Source of the DNA: Vicugna vicugna
Lineage: Eukaryota
NCBI GenBank assembly: GCA_013265495.1
Contig: MU058233.1
Location: 285,038-345,037, forward strand
Direction of reading: 5' to 3'
Length of the DNA stretch: 60,000 nt
Below the pieces are notes generated by a model. The model did not search any database. It was not told the origin of the DNA and was given only the letters and a program-made list of their open reading frames with translations. The translations under genes and the position numbers were made by a program. This document shows, piece after piece, positions 20,211 to 34,324 of this stretch. Positions within the stretch are counted from its first letter, which is position 1. Each line of letters opens with the position of its first letter.

Positions 20211-23200
20211 GAACGCCCTCCCTCTGCCTCCCCTCTCAGCCCTCTGCCTCCCTCCATGGACCTGGGCATCATCCACCCTGAAATCCCAGTGCTGTGTGCC
20301 AAGACCCAGCAGGGGAGGGCTCGGCACGTGCCCCGCTGCCATCTCCATGGCCTGGGGTCAGGCCCCTCTGCTGGCAGGCTGGGGCCCAGGTATTGAGTCT
20401 GGCCCTGGGGGACAAGCAGTGGTGCCACAAACACCGTCCCTGAGGCTCAGCGGACGTTGCTGACTCGGAGCCATGGCTCAGGCCACTGGGCGAGGCCGGT
20501 GTGGCTGAAGGCCCAGGAGGAGGAGGCGGGAGTCTGGCCAAGCCCACATTATGTGGGCTCAGCTGTAGCTGAGAATGAAAACGGGGCAGAGAAGAGAAAG
20601 GCAATGAAGAGATATGGGGACGGTTCTCACGTCCAGATCTGCAGCGCTCCGGGCCTGCCAGGGCGGCCGGGGTGATTGGGGTGGAGGGGCCACCTCGGGG
20701 CTTGGCTGGCTCCCAGGAACCAGGGAGGGGGTCCTGGGCTGGTGCCTGAGGGTAGGAGCTTCTGGATGATTCTAGCATCCAGACACGAAGTCACCCTCGG
20801 GGCAGAGGCCCCCACCTTGTGGAGCAGAGGCAGCCCAGCCAGCCCAGGGTTTCCTGACCTGTCTGATCCTGTCCGATCCGGGCCCACAGAACTGACGGGT
20901 GTAAGGACACAATTTTTCTGCACCTTCAACTGGGGATGTTTGTTACACAGCCCTGGGTTTGAAACACTGGCTGAGCAAGCCACCTCCTTGCTGTCCAACA
21001 TGTACGACTGTTGCCTCCTCTGACCCCACCTCCCACGTGATTGGTGCCATTTTAGGGTCTGCATTCCAGACATTTCCTGGGTGAGGTGCCAGCCTCCAGG
21101 TGGCCCGTGATTCCTGCCTCCAGCATTCACACCTGTGCAGACCCTCCCACCCTGGGTCAGGGTAGGGCTGTGTCACCAAGAGGTGACGCTGTGTGGCTTT
21201 CAAGACTCGGCACAAAAGACTGTGGCTTCGGTCTTAGGTGCCTTCTCTCTCCCACTCCTGGGTCACCAGCTGCCAGGTTGCCAGATGCTCGGCAGCCCTG
21301 GGGAGCCCCGTGGGTGGGTCCGAGGTCAGAGGCCAGGTGGCTCAAGTGCCTGCAGGAGTCCACAAGGCATGTGGGGGTCGGTGGGGCAGAGAGTATGGGC
21401 TAAGCCAGTGCCTGGATCCACAGAGGAGCTGGGTCCTGTGGGCCTGCCCTGCACCACGGCCTGCTTCTGGAGATGGCCATTTTTATTGGCTGGAGCGACT
21501 GCACTCCGAGGAAAAATTACTGTGTTATGAAGTATTTTCCCCTGCCTCCACAGTCAATTTGGGCTTCATTTAAAATTCAATAATGGCATGGCTGTCTTCC
21601 CCGAAGGGGTGGCGAACACCTTCAGTGCCCAGGAGTGGGACATTAAGAGCTGTCGGGACTGATTCACCCCATCCCAGCCACCACCCCGCTACTTCTGCGC
21701 CGGGGGGCGCCCAGTCGGGGGGTCTGTTCCTAGGGTCTTGGACTTCAAAGCGGCTCCTAGGAAACCCCTTCCTCCAGTTCGCTCATCACTGGGCAATGGG
21801 GTTGCTTATTAATTTTTTCTGAATTTGCTAATTATCCCATCTGGACCTTGGCGCTCACTCTCCTCATCTGTCCTGGCTGTGAATGCAACAATTCTGGACG
21901 GTGGAGGTTCCCCGTACAACCTGCTCTGGGTGGTTCTCGGCTGGTATGCTGGGATCAGCTTTCCCAGAGCAAGTAGCCACGTCGCCAAGTGCCCAGTGCG
22001 GTGTCCTTACCTCACAGCCAGGGTTCATCTGGGTCACAGGCGGAGGGTGTGGCCTCTGTTCTCAGGTGATCCCGGGGCTGCGGGTGGGGGGACGTGCAGG
22101 CTCGTGGCCTGGGTTCTTCTCGCTGCCTGCGGACCCAGAAGCTCCTGTGCGAAGCCCAGGCTGGGCCAGGACCCCTGTGGTGGCACAGGTCGGGGAACAC
22201 TGGGCAGTATGAGAAGGAGGGTAGAATTTCTCCTGATGATGCATTTTTCCAGGCGGAGGAGGGAGGCCGTTGGGTGATGTGGGGCTGGGTTTGGGCACTT
22301 GCTGAGCACTCACATATGTCCTGTTCTGAGGGCTCTGGGCACTGGTCTCTGCCCGGCAGGTGGCTCTGGGTGGCCTGCTTCCAGCCCCGACCCTGCAGGC
22401 CCTCAGCTCTTTCTGCATCTCTGAGCCACACTCTGGGCTGAGCTGCCGGGAGCTGCCGGGGAACTCTGCAGGGTGGGGGACTGGCTTCTCCCCTTCACCT
22501 GCTTCAGAGCATCTGTTTGCTCCTCCAGATCCACTCCCACCCTTCCGCACCTGCTCCATGCCCAGGAGTGTCCTGGACGGGCTGTCTCCAGGACTCGGTC
22601 CGTGGGCAGCCCCCCACCCCAGGAGGTGTGGTGAGAGGAGAGTGAGGGGTGGTCCCCCCAGCTCCTCCTGCAGGGAGGCCTCAGCATCCCCCAGCCCAGG
22701 CTGCATCTCCTGCCGAGCATCTCCCGATTCAGGGTCTCAGTTCCAGAAACTGCCCCTCCAGGCCCCGGCTGCCTCTGTGGGCTGAGGGAGGTGAAGGCCT
22801 GGGTCCCCGGTGCAGGAGGACCTGCTGTCCCCCGGCCTGCCCCACCTGCATCCCACTCACCATGGCCCAGAGCTTCTGACAGAGACAGCTCTCCAGGCCC
22901 CTCCGCCCGCTCTCCGTGGCCTGGAGCCTCCACCTGCCCTGCCCACATGGCCTGGGCAGAGGAGACCTGGGCACACTTCTTGCCGACCCAGCTCTGGAGG
23001 TTGAAGCCCCTAGTCTGTGACACTGCGTCTGAGCTTCGGGCCTGGATCTGGGCTGGCATCCCCAGAGCTGGTGGGGGCCTCCGTTCCCCTCCTAGACGAG
23101 GGACCTGGCGGGGCCCCCATGCCTTACCCTCTCCTGAGCCCACTGGCCATTAACGAGCTTTCATTCCAGAGCTTTCTGCTCTCCGGCAAGTCTGGGTTAT

Positions 23201-24344
23201 TAACGGACACTGACAGCCCATCGCAGGTCCCAGGATGAAGTGCTGTAATTAGCTTAGTGTTACTTTTGATTTGGGAACCCCTCAGCTTGGGATGAGCAGG
23301 CCTCTGCCAGGCCTGGCACCTGCTGGCCAGGACAGCAGATGGCGCTCCGAGGACCCTGGGCAATCTCAGTGGAGAGGTGACCACGCGAGACACTGATTTA
23401 GTGACCCTCTCCCCTGCTTTAAGTAGTGGCGGCTGCTTGACAGCCGCGGGCCTCCTGTGGCTGGATAGGTGGGGAGGCTCCGCGGGGGCCGCGGTTTATC
23501 TGCTTCCGCAGTGAATTCACTCTCGTACCCTGTGATTTATCGAGGCTGTCAGTTTAATTAACTTTGGCCTGGGAGGCAGTTCTTATCAAGATCAGGGACC
23601 CAACCAGGTCTGTTCACATCAGTGCAGCTCCTCCGGGGCCGTGAGGTTTCGGGGGGTCAGGCCCCATTGGCCTTGCCACCAGCACACAGCCCTTGGCCAC
23701 TCTCTCTTCCTCCTGCCGCAGATCCCAGGCCCTGGAGCCAGGCCCTCCTTTTGCTTCCGGGAACCCAACTCACCTTAGGGTATCCAAGTCCGACCCAGGA
23801 GACATGCCACAGGCCCTGGTGCAGAAGAAACGGAACTTGGCGGCTCTAAGCTCCTCCGAGATCTGGAGGCCCCCTCCTCGGAGTGGGGGACATGCATCTC
23901 AGCCAGTTCAAGGGGCTCCTCGTCCCCTCCCCTGTGTCAAAGTTCCCATGGGTGTGCGGGGCGTGACAGGAGCCAGGCAAGAGCTGGTGCGTCACGGGGA
24001 GGTGACAGTGCCAGCACCTGGGAGTTCAGCAGCAGTCCTTCGCGCCGGCAAGCATGGGTGGGAGAAGCCACATCTGGTCCTCACCACTTCTCCAAGGGAA
24101 GCAGCGTTTCCTTTGGTTATAAACACACCTGTGCAGCCATGAGTCGTGTGAACGTGGAATTCGCTCCAGGAAAACAGCGCTGGGTTCCTGGGAGCCTCTG
24201 GTCAACTGATCAGTAGACAGCTTTATTTGGAGTCTTTCTGTTTGAAGACACCTCATTGGATCTTTGTTGTTGACTCAGTGATGTGGACATCATGCCAACA
24301 GCGCCGTCATCACACCTGAAAGAAGCCTTTCTAATGCTCATTTT

Positions 24345-24680
24345 CTCAGAGGCGTATCGCAGCCTCTGGTCCTAAGGACACCGATGGCCCTCCGGCTCTG
24401 CACTTGGGGCAGTTTCAAACAGCGAAATCACCTACAAAATCCCAAAATGCAAAAAATGTCACCCTAAACAGACATGAAAGGACGCTTGCTTACAGTCCAA
24501 GAGCCGACAAGAGACGGCCGCATCGCCTGGTTCTGGCCCCGCAGGGAACACGCACGACTTGCTGCTCTGCCACCTTCCCCGGCGGCCACGAACGCACCCA
24601 ACTACTGACTGGGTTCCAGATAGATTTAACAAGCAGGTAAATTCACGAATATAAAAATCTGAATAATGCGGTGGCTGCGC
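24345..24680. mobile_element. Tigger/MER2-group DNA transposon remnant
   Basis: cacttggggcagtttcaaacagcgaaatcacc...aaatgcaaaaaatg...cttgcttacagt resembles Tigger-derived elements. Confidence 0.55.
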
Positions 24681-25374
24681 AGTGGCAAACCTCAGTTTTA
24701 TGAGCAGCACGTTGATGGTGATTTTGCCGTCAATGGAAATCAGAGTTCCAATTCGCATCATCGCCATCGTTGAAGAAATCCCTGAGTGTGGACCACCTCA
24801 CCGTGGTGCTGATGTTGGCGAGTTATCACTCCGGCAACTGGAGCTTGATATTTGACGCATGAATCAAGCAGCATATTCTGTTCTGTTACACGCATGTTTG
24901 TTTTTAGTATCTTGACAGCTGGCTGGATTCTAATAGAATTGGTCTCCTCTAAAATCCTATGCATTTCATTCCATGCACTAAAAAATTTGATTCTGGTACA
25001 AAATGGCTGTGAGTCTCCCCGTTACCTGCGACGTTCCTCTCTTCCTGGTTGGAGACGTCATTCTGGATCTTTGGAAGTGGACCCTCCACTCTCCATGTTT
25101 GCAAGTCTCCATGGGGACCAGGGCTTGGAAATCCAACTTCTGCTCTGCACCCTTCTGGAGGCAATGGGCATGTGCTGGTCTTGCTGCTCTGTAATGGCCG
25201 GCAGGGAGTGGGGAGGGCTGGGGGCCGTGCGAGGAGGCGTCCGTGATACAAAAATGTCAACTGAGCAGTGCGGGCCAGGCCCGAGCGCCTGGGCTGGGGG
25301 TCCTGGCTCTGTCTGTGGGTGCTGTGGGTGGGGGGCATGCCCCCGACACATCACTGGGATAGGAATTGTCACTA

Positions 25375-25775
25375 AATGGGTGTATATCCACGTCCTAGGG
25401 TGGCCATACAAATGACCACAAACGTGCTGGCTTAGAACAGCAGGAGCTGATCCTCTCCCGGTCCAGGGGCCAGAAGTCTGAGACCCAAGTGTTGGCAGGG
25501 TTGACACCTCCTAGGCTTCGGAGGGGGAGCCTGGTCGAGGTCTCTCCTGGTGCTGCTGGCACCCTTGGTGTCCTGGGCTTGTGGCTGCATCCCTCCGATC
25601 TCTGGCTCCGTCTTCACGTGGCCGTTTTCTCTGTGTGTCTACGTCTAATCTCCCTGTAAGGACCCCAGTCACTGGGTCAGGGCCCACCTACTCCAGGGTG
25701 ACCTCCTCTTGACTAACTGCATATGGTCCCAAATGAGGTCACCTTCTGAGATTCCAGGAGTACACCGTCTTGGAG
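25375..25775 (-). mobile_element. MLT1 (MaLR) solo LTR
   Basis: cctagggtggccatacaaatgaccacaaac...ggccagaagtctgagacccaagtgttggcaggg...aatgaggtcaccttctgag. Confidence 0.8.
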
Positions 25776-28700
25776 GCACTGTGGACCCTGCACAGACAGT
25801 GACCGCCTCCCTGGCCTGTCCATGTCCCAGGACTGTGCCACCGCTGCCTAAGCTGCCTGGGGCACGTCGGCTGCGGTGGTGCTTTCTTGAGAGACTTCTG
25901 AGCTGCACCCACTCCCCTCTTCACCTGTGGGCACCCATAGGCCCTGCTGGCCCGCGCCCACCTCCAGGCCCCTTTGATGCTTCTGCAGTATGTGTTTTCC
26001 AAGCAGCATTTGACTCAGGGTAGCTGGTGTGGGCCCCACTTCTGTTCCGGGCTGCCCCTGCTGGGATGGCTTCCAGCCACTGTGACAGCGAAGCCCCTCC
26101 TGGCCCCCATCCTCAACCCGCTGCTCCGAGGCAGGGGAACAGGGTGCTCCCAGGGTGCTCCCTGTTCCAGCCACAGACATAGGACCTTGGGAAAAGGAGG
26201 ACCAAGCCCGAGGGTCAGGGCGAGTCCCGTCCCCAAGTGTGGTTTCTGGCTCTGATCTGGTGGTGACTTCCCCAGCCTCCAGGAGTCTCCTGGAAAGGAG
26301 AGGAGACGGGCTCCAGGGTGGGGGGTCTGCAGGGATGGATGTCTGAGAGCTCGGCAGCCCCCACACAGTGGCTCCAGCCCCCAGGGTGGCCCTGCTCCGG
26401 CCCTTCTGCTTCCCACTCTCCTGGAGTCTCGCCTTCCCCGGGGCCAGATGGTGACTGTGAGTCTTGAAGGCCAGTGTTCCATGCCTTCCTCCCAATTCTG
26501 CCAGCAGAGCCCGCCCATCTGCACGAGGCCTGGCAGAGCATCGGGACAAAAGCTGCCTCACCCAAGGCTGCAGGGAGCGTGGCCGCAGGGTGCGGCGGGC
26601 AAGCCCTTTCTGATGCCCATGTTCTGTGGGGCTATTTATCCTCCAGTGAAGCACAGCTTGGCCTCTCGGTGCCCCCCCGGCAGAGGGCCTGGCTGCCAGG
26701 CTGCTCTGTCTTTCACAGAAGATTAAAACACCAGCGTCGTGATGTGAATTGTGTCTCCCCCAAAAGACATGTTCCGCTCTTAATCCCTGGAACCTGCATT
26801 CACAGCTTCCTTATGACCTGATGTGCAAATGGGCCTTTGCAGACATCATCCAGTGAAGAGGAGCAGGGAAGGCCCTCGTCCACGGCTGGGGTCTCCGGGG
26901 ACAGATGCGAGGGGCCCAGGCACACACGGGGACACTATCCCCAGGGCCCTCGGCACCGCTGGAGCTGATGGGTGTTGGCGCCATCGTCCTGTCTGGTTCT
27001 CTGCTCTAGGCCTCAGGACTGGCAGTCGGGAACTGCACCAGTGCAAGCTGGAGGCGCAGGTGTGCGCTCTGGGGTGGAGGGTGGCCAGCCAACAGGCTGC
27101 AGGCCCCAGACCGCCGGTGCTCCGTGCTCCTGACCCCCCAGCGCGGGCAGCCTTCCGGGTCTCGGCTGCCCTGACTCTCACAGCAGTCTGTGGGTCTCCC
27201 AGGACCAGCGTCAATCCCTCTGGGCTGAGGAAGCTAGACAGACTCTCTCGGGGTCCAGTCCCTAGGGGCCAAGGAATCATGATTCTTTGCTGTGCACGAG
27301 GCCTGTGTCCACAAGGGCGCCGAATGTACAGGTCGCCAGGAAACCCCGGTATCTGAACCTAGCGTGTGGCCCTGAGCAACCCCTTTCTCTGCGGAGACGC
27401 CCAGGCTTTCCTGAAGCTGTTGAAGCCTCTTTCTCAGGCTCTGGGGCTGGGGAGCCTCTTCTCTGCTGCCTACTCGGAGCTCCAGCACAAACCACACCCC
27501 TGGTCGCCCTTGCCTGCCCGGGAGAGGCGGGGTCGGGACCACCCGCCTGAAGCGCCCGTGGGCCTGGGACAGTTTATGTCCTCACTTTCAATCCTCTGCT
27601 GCCAGACACAGAAGATGATTTTCAAAGACAGGGTATTGATTCTGCTCCTGCTCTTTCTGCTCAGTCATCCGTCTCCCTTTAAGGGCGGGAGAGCCACACG
27701 CTGTGGCTAGAAGCGGCAACATTAGGAGGAAAAGGATCTGGGTCCAGGGAAGAAAGACATACTCCCTTTTCCAAGCCCCAGGGATGCTCCAGGATTCCTT
27801 CCCAGGAGAGCGTCACAGGCGTCTGGGTGCTGTGACGCAGGTGATGGGGAGGCGTCCAGGTCACCCGTGGGTGACAGCCACCAGTCGTCTGGGACCCACC
27901 TGGTGAAGCCACTCCGACGGGGTTCTCTCATTTCCTGTGGAGAACTTCAGTGACTCCAGAAAACAGCAGCCCTTGGGTTTCAAACGCGGGGATCCACAGA
28001 CCAGGCAGGAGTCCCCAGGCCAGTACACAGTAGGTGCCAACTCAGTGCCTGCCAGCTGCCACCTGACCCCACTTCTGCCCTCAGCCGTGCTCGTGGGCTG
28101 CGGGCTCTTAAAGCGCTTGGCTCACCTCTCAAATGAGTTCCAGGCTGCACGCTGTAAACAAAGTTCTTTGTAAACCTTGGTCAAGAAGGGCATTCATAAT
28201 TCACCTCGCCAGGGCGGCCTTGCACCCTTCTCCCTGACTCTGCGGGGACCCGGCCATGGGGTTGGGGGCTCCTGGCACGTTTGCCTCCCTGGCGTTCACT
28301 CTCCAAGACTCCCCACTCCCAGCCAGTGTGTTCAGAACATTCTCATTGAACAAGTGAGTGAGGGAACAAATAAATGAATGGCCCAGGCAACAATATTTCC
28401 CTCCAGTTGCTACTGAAAAGGGGTCTCAGCAAAGGTTTCGGGGTGTGGCAGGCGAGTGGGCAGGACCAACCACAGGATTTGCCTGGCTCCTCATTCAAAC
28501 GTGATTAGGAATCTCAGGTAAGCGTTAAATGAAGCTGGGGTCCTTCTGAGTGGGAAAGGGGGCCCAGTGGGATGCCAGGTGGCGGCACCCCGCTGACCTG
28601 CCTGCTGTGGGGGTGGCAGGAGGCTGGGATGCTGTGCTCCCGTCAGCTCCCCGTCCCCGTCCTGCAATCCTGGGTGAGTGTGCCAGGGGGTGCCAGAGGA

Positions 28701-29044
28701 CGCCCGGGAGGCTGAAACCACAGTGCTGGCCCCTCTCTGTGCATGAGGTTGGGCCAGGGACCCCAGGGACCCCAGGGACCCCAGGACGGGGTGGGCCCCC
28801 TCATCCCATTTCCTCTTTCAAGCCAGACCCTCCCTTGGGGTTGTGTGAGGACTATTAATAACAGTAACTGTCTCTGGCCCTTTCCACGCCTGGGGATTCG
28901 TGTGCTACGCCTTTCTCCAGCGGACTGGCACTGTTTTATGGGCTCTTCTACCACCTGGTGGTCATGTCTGTGTTCCTCTTACTCCCCCTGCGGGCACAAG
29001 CTCTCCCCCGCGCTGGGCTTTCCTCACTGGCCCCAGTGCTCTGC

Positions 29045-29445
29045 TGCTGTAGGTGGAACTGCGTCCCTCCAAAAACATGTGTTGGAGCCCTTAACCCCCA
29101 GGGCCTCGGGATGTGACCTTACTTTGAGATGCGTCTTTACAGAGGTGATTAAGTTAAAATGTGCGCTTAGGGTGGGCCCTGATCCAGTAGGACTGGTGTC
29201 CTTATAAAAGGGGAAGTTTGGACACAGACACGCATGCAGGGGGCGGCAGAGACCGGGGGAGACACCTACAAGTGGAGAAGCGTTGCCAGTGGACCATCAG
29301 GACCTGGGGGAGGGGCGGGGACCGAATCCCTCACAGCCTCAGGAGGCGCCGACCTGGACTGCAGGGCTGGGAGACATACATGTCTGCTGCTGAAGGCGCC
29401 CACTTGGTGGCACTTCATCGGCAGCCCCAGCAAATCGGTACAACA
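29045..29445 (+). mobile_element. MLT1A/B-type solo LTR
   Basis: gaactgcgtccctccaaaaacatgtgttggagcccttaacccc...gaggtgattaagttaaaatg...gactggtgtccttataaaagggg. Confidence 0.82.
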
Positions 29446-29489
29446 CCTGCTTCTCCTTCCCTGGGGCCTCCTCGTCTCTGAGGCCCCAC

Positions 29490-30240
29490 TACACTGGAGC
29501 CCTTCCCGGCAGCTCCTACCAGGCCATTCTCATTCCTCCATGACCTCACCCAGCCTGGTGCCTTAAAACAACCCCGATCCCAGCCCAGACCTCTCCCCCA
29601 AACCCTGGGCTCCATTAGTGCCCCCAGTGAGCCTTCCAAGGGGCACAGGCCCCTACACCCATGCCCTTCCCCCACCTTCACATTTCTTAGACCCCCGTCC
29701 TGGTGGACGGCAACTCCATCCTTCCTCAGCCCAGCAATCTGAATCAGAGGCGCCTCCTCCTTCTCTGTCCCTCCCACATCCAATCCTTGCAGTCCTCACG
29801 GCCACAGATGGTGGCACTGCCCTGCCCGACCCCATGGCCCCACGTCCCACTCAGAGACAACCTGTCTGAGGGTCCACAGGGCTGACCCTGCTCTGCTCTG
29901 TCTCTGCTCCTCTCCCCACGCTTGCCCAGCCCCAGGGCCTTTGGCTGTCCCCTGTGGTCTTTGGTGGAATGGCAATTTCCCCGTGGGGTTTCCCCTGATG
30001 TCTCTTGAAGGGTCACCCCAGCCACTCCCTCTTCTGTTGTGCTTCACTCTCCTCCTCAGCACTTACTACCACCCGGCATACATTTACCCTCCGACTTTTT
30101 CTCCTCCTCCTCGCCCTATAAAGGTGAGGCCCAGATCCATGCAGGGCAGGACTGTGTTCTGTTCCGTTCTCGGCTGTGTCTTCAGCACCAGGGACAGCGC
30201 CCGGGCTGTGGTACATGTTGAACAAATTAATGTATGAAAG
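29490..30240. mobile_element. Degenerate L2 fragments
   Basis: Pyrimidine-rich L2-like tract ending ...gtacatgttgaacaaattaatgtatgaa. Confidence 0.45.
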
Positions 30241-31328
30241 AGTAAATCATTGTTCATAACAGACACATTTCTTTGCAGAATTAAAAAAAATACAGACAAG
30301 AAAAGGAAGCAAATTAAAAAATCAAAACCACCATGAATAAAGTCTGTTGTGTGTTTTTCCCTAGTCCTCAGAGCCAACTTTGGAGCAAGTATCACTTCTC
30401 CTTTTTAGCTTCAGACAGGGAAAGAAATTGACCAAAGCCACACAGCAGATAGAATCCAGGTGTGTCTGCTCCCGGTGTCCCTCCCCGGGACACAGGGCTG
30501 TTTCCTCCCACAGACACTGGAGCTGTGTTTGTTCATCACCTTTGCTTCCTTCTTAGCTAAATTTTACTCATGAACAAAGACAAGACGCTTCTCCTGGATT
30601 CTCAGTTGGTCCCTGGCCAGCCCCTGCCAAGCCTGCAACCAGCCTAGAGCCCCTGGGGGCTGCCTCTCCCACCTGCACCCAGGTGTTGGGGGCCACGACT
30701 CTCCTCCGCTCAGGGGGCCCCCACTCCCTGAGCCCAGTCCCACAGCATTCTGCTCTGGCCACTCACCCAGACAGTCTGAGCTACAAATGAAGATTCATTG
30801 GAGTGATGAACATTTTTATTAGACAAAATTAAATCCTGATACACATGATCTCGATCAAGTGCAGAGGAAAGGGGAAAAAAACCAACCCTGAGCACTGACT
30901 GTCATCAGAAGCATCTGCCTCTTAACAGCCTTTCCCAGAAACCCGGTTATTAGGTTTGCTTACAAATGAACCGTTTTAAACAAACAACACGGATTTTTCT
31001 GAATTTGCTGCAGAGCCAATTTATAATTGAATTAATGAAAGAAGTGGACCTGCTATTAAGTTTTATTAAATTCTATTTGCTTATATCTTTGCCATTTAAA
31101 ACATGACTGTTGTTTAAAAAGAAAAAAAAACTCACAAAACACTGGGCAGCTGGGCAGAGTGGAAGGAGCAGAGGTCTGAAATCAAGCAGATCGGAGTGTG
31201 ACTCCCGGGCTGCCTTGTGCAGCGTGTGCCTCGTTCCAGGTCACTTCACTCCTCGAGCCTCCAAGTCCCCATCTGAAAAATGGGTGCAGAAGTTCTCAGT
31301 GCTACTTGGGGTTATGCCAAGATTTAAG

Positions 31329-32046
31329 TGGTTGGAGAAAAGGGAACCCTCCTACACTGTTGGTAGGAATGTAGTTTGGTGCAGCCACTATGGAGAACAG
31401 TATGGAGATTCCTTAAAAAAACTAAAAATAGACTTGCCATATGATCCAGCAATCCCACTCCTGGGCATATATCCAGAGGGAACCTTAATTCAAAGAGATA
31501 CATGCACCCCAATGTTCATAGTGGCACAATCTACAATAGCCAAGACATGGAAACAGCCTAAATGTCCATCAATAGATGACTGGATAAAGAAGGTGTGGTA
31601 TATTTATATACACTGGAATACTACTCAGCCATAAAAATAATAAAATAATGCCATTTGCAGCAACATGAATGGACCTAGAGATTATCATATTAAGTGAAGT
31701 CAGACAGAGAAAGACAAATAGCATATGATATCACTCATATATGGAATCTGAAAAAAAAAAGAGGACACTAATGAACTCATCTACAGAACAGAAACAGACT
31801 CACAGACGTTGTAAACAACCTTATGGTTACTGGGGGGAAGGGAGTGGGAAGGGATAAATTTGGGAGTTTGAGATTTGCAAGTGTTAACCACTATATACAA
31901 AAATAGATAAAAAACCAAAATTCTTCTGTATAGCACAGGGAGCTATAGTCAATATCTTGTAATAACCATTAAGGAAAAAGAATATGAAAACGCATACATG
32001 TATATATATGCATGACTGGGACATTACACAGCACACAAGAAACTGA
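31329..32046 (+). mobile_element. 5'-truncated LINE-1 (ORF2 C-terminus and 3' UTR), next to a MIR remnant at about 31140-31320
   Basis: [13 protein letters not shown]...[15 protein letters not shown]...CTPMFI...AKTWKQPKCPSIDDWIKKVWY; cetartiodactyl-style 3' UTR. Confidence 0.93.
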
Positions 32047-32879
32047 GTGCTCTGTGGCCATGTTTTATGAAGACGGCCCTTTGGTTCCATCTTGATTACA
32101 GTCGACAAACAGCCTCACGCCAAGAGAGTGTGGATGGCGATGGGTGGTCCTGGACTGACCCACTTCAGTTTCATTGCCCGTGGACCAAGCTCAGTGACCC
32201 TCATCCTGTTAACATCTCCATCCTCACAAGTCCTGGTGCCAGGACAGGACCCTGACGGACAGAGCAGGCTTTCAAAACACGGCAATTCACTGCCTCCCAA
32301 GAGATTGGGAGGTTTGTCAAGACAGTGAGAAGCAATTTTCTAGGTGTCAGGTTTTCCACGAGATGCTGTGTGGGCTGCCAACCAGCTGACTTTGACGGGG
32401 CTGGCGATTTGTTTAATGAGTGGTGACGTGAGTGAGTTTTAGAAGTTCAAGCCTGTAATATTTTCCATTTCACACCGCAGGCGATACACTTTGCCTGCTG
32501 ACGGCCACTCCGTGTCGTAACTTCACTTGGGCAACTTCTGGATTCTTGCGGCCCAACCCTTGGCTAGCGGCTGGCTTTTACAGCCTCACTCGTTGCCAGT
32601 TTTTTGCCTCCATTGTGGTCTTAAATTTTGGAGACGATCTGGAATAGACAGAGGGCTCTCCTGGGACTGGGTTTGGAGCTGGTAGGATTCTCTGCCAAGA
32701 ATGTTGAAACTGGGACACTTCAGAGCTTGCCCAGCAGCAGGAAGCGAGGAACTGGAGGAATGGGAGTTCAGGCTCCCCAGGGAAGGAGAAGCAGAGGAGG
32801 GGGCTTTGGGGGGTGTGCCCAGTGGGAGGGTGCTGGGGGAGGGGCACGTGCCGCTGGGCTTGGGACAGAGGGCAGGGAA

Positions 32880-33641
32880 GTGCAGAATTATTACGTCCAC
32901 CTCAGGGCAGGGGACCCACTGATGCATCGGTAGTGTGTCCCCTCTGACCCCGAGGGAAGGTCAGAGCCCTCGGTCTCCCCAAAGACTAGGGGCCTGGCTG
33001 CTTCTGGAACCAAGCAAGACCCCATGGGGCCTTCCCAGGACAGCCCCCCCCACCGCCCCACTGCTTCATGTCTTCCTTCTGCCTCTTGCTCGCAGAAAAA
33101 CTTTAGCCTCCTAGGCCTTCCCCGAGTTCCAAAAAACACATTTCATCAGAGAAGTGAGAAAATGCAGAAACAAAGGAAAACAGTCAAGAAAGAAAAAATA
33201 ATAATAGTTGAGCCATTAAACAAAGTCAGGGACCTTTAGTCCCCTCAAGGACTAGAGATAATGTTCTGAGCCACGTCCTTGAGCTGTTGTGCAGATTCTG
33301 AAACCCCCGACAGGAGGAAGAAGTCAACTGTACGCCGCCCACAGGCACGGAGAGCCACCCTGGTTGGAACCACAAGGTTGATGGTGGCGACTCCCGATGA
33401 CCTCACCACCAGCCCCTCAGAAGCACATTCATGGGCTGATCTCACACCCACAGCCCCTCCCTCACCCCGCCTTTAAAGGCCTTTCCCTGAGACCCGCCGG
33501 GGAGTCTGAGTCTTTGGGCACTAGCTCCCTGGTCTCCTCGTTTGACACCCGCAACAAACCACACTTTCCTTCACCACAACCCGGGGGCAGTAGACCGGCT
33601 TTCCTGCGTGTGGGCAAGGGGACCCGAGTCTGGTTCAGAAC
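32880..33641 (+). mobile_element. ERV1-type solo LTR
   Basis: LTR-like layout: TATA-like CTTTAAAGG near 33471, decayed PAS, end gacccgagtctggttcagaaCA. 5' edge approximate. Confidence 0.65.
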
Positions 33642-34324
33642 ACTTTTCACCTCTTCCCGGGGCCCATCTTTGGGAAACCTCCCCCCCCCGCCAGTGGGAT
33701 GTGAGATCCCTGGCACTGCTGGGACTGCTGGGACTGCTGGGAGGCAGGAGCAAGACGGCGGTGCCCAGGAGGCGTGGGGGTGGCCAGGCTCCCGGCCGGC
33801 CCTCTCTGAAGGACGGGCTGCCTGGACGCAGTGAGGTGGGAACAGGTGAGATCTCCAAGGCCCCCGGCTTGAAGCCCTGTTGTCTGGAAACCCTGCCAGG
33901 CTGCTTTCCAGGTTACTCTGTGAGGATGGGGAGAAGCTTGGAAGTCAGTCCTGCTGCCCACGACTTCTCCCCCGGGAGACCGCCGCGGGGGCTGGGGACC
34001 CTCTGCGCGGGAAGAGCCGGGCGGGGTGGTTTTCGGAAGCCTGGCGTCCTGTCTTTGGTCCATTCCCATGGCCGGGGGGTGCACGCCTGCCCCGGGGCCC
34101 CTGCCTGTTGCGCAGCTGAAGCCTTCCACCTCGGGGCAGGAGGCAGGAGGGAGAAGCTAGTTTTGGGTGCTGCCTGGCACTGGGCCTGATGAGGGAAAGG
34201 GACAGATGGAACGTCTGTCCAGTTTCTCTCTCAACGTCCTGCAATTTTAAGTGCGATCGTGAAGTACCTTCTTGTCCAGAGAGGGCATCTTGGAGGCCCC
34301 AGGACAGCCCTGGTTGGGGGTGTA

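Noticed and set aside
28753..28786. Short 9-bp triplications (also near 33713-33741)
   Set aside because: Ordinary slippage repeats.
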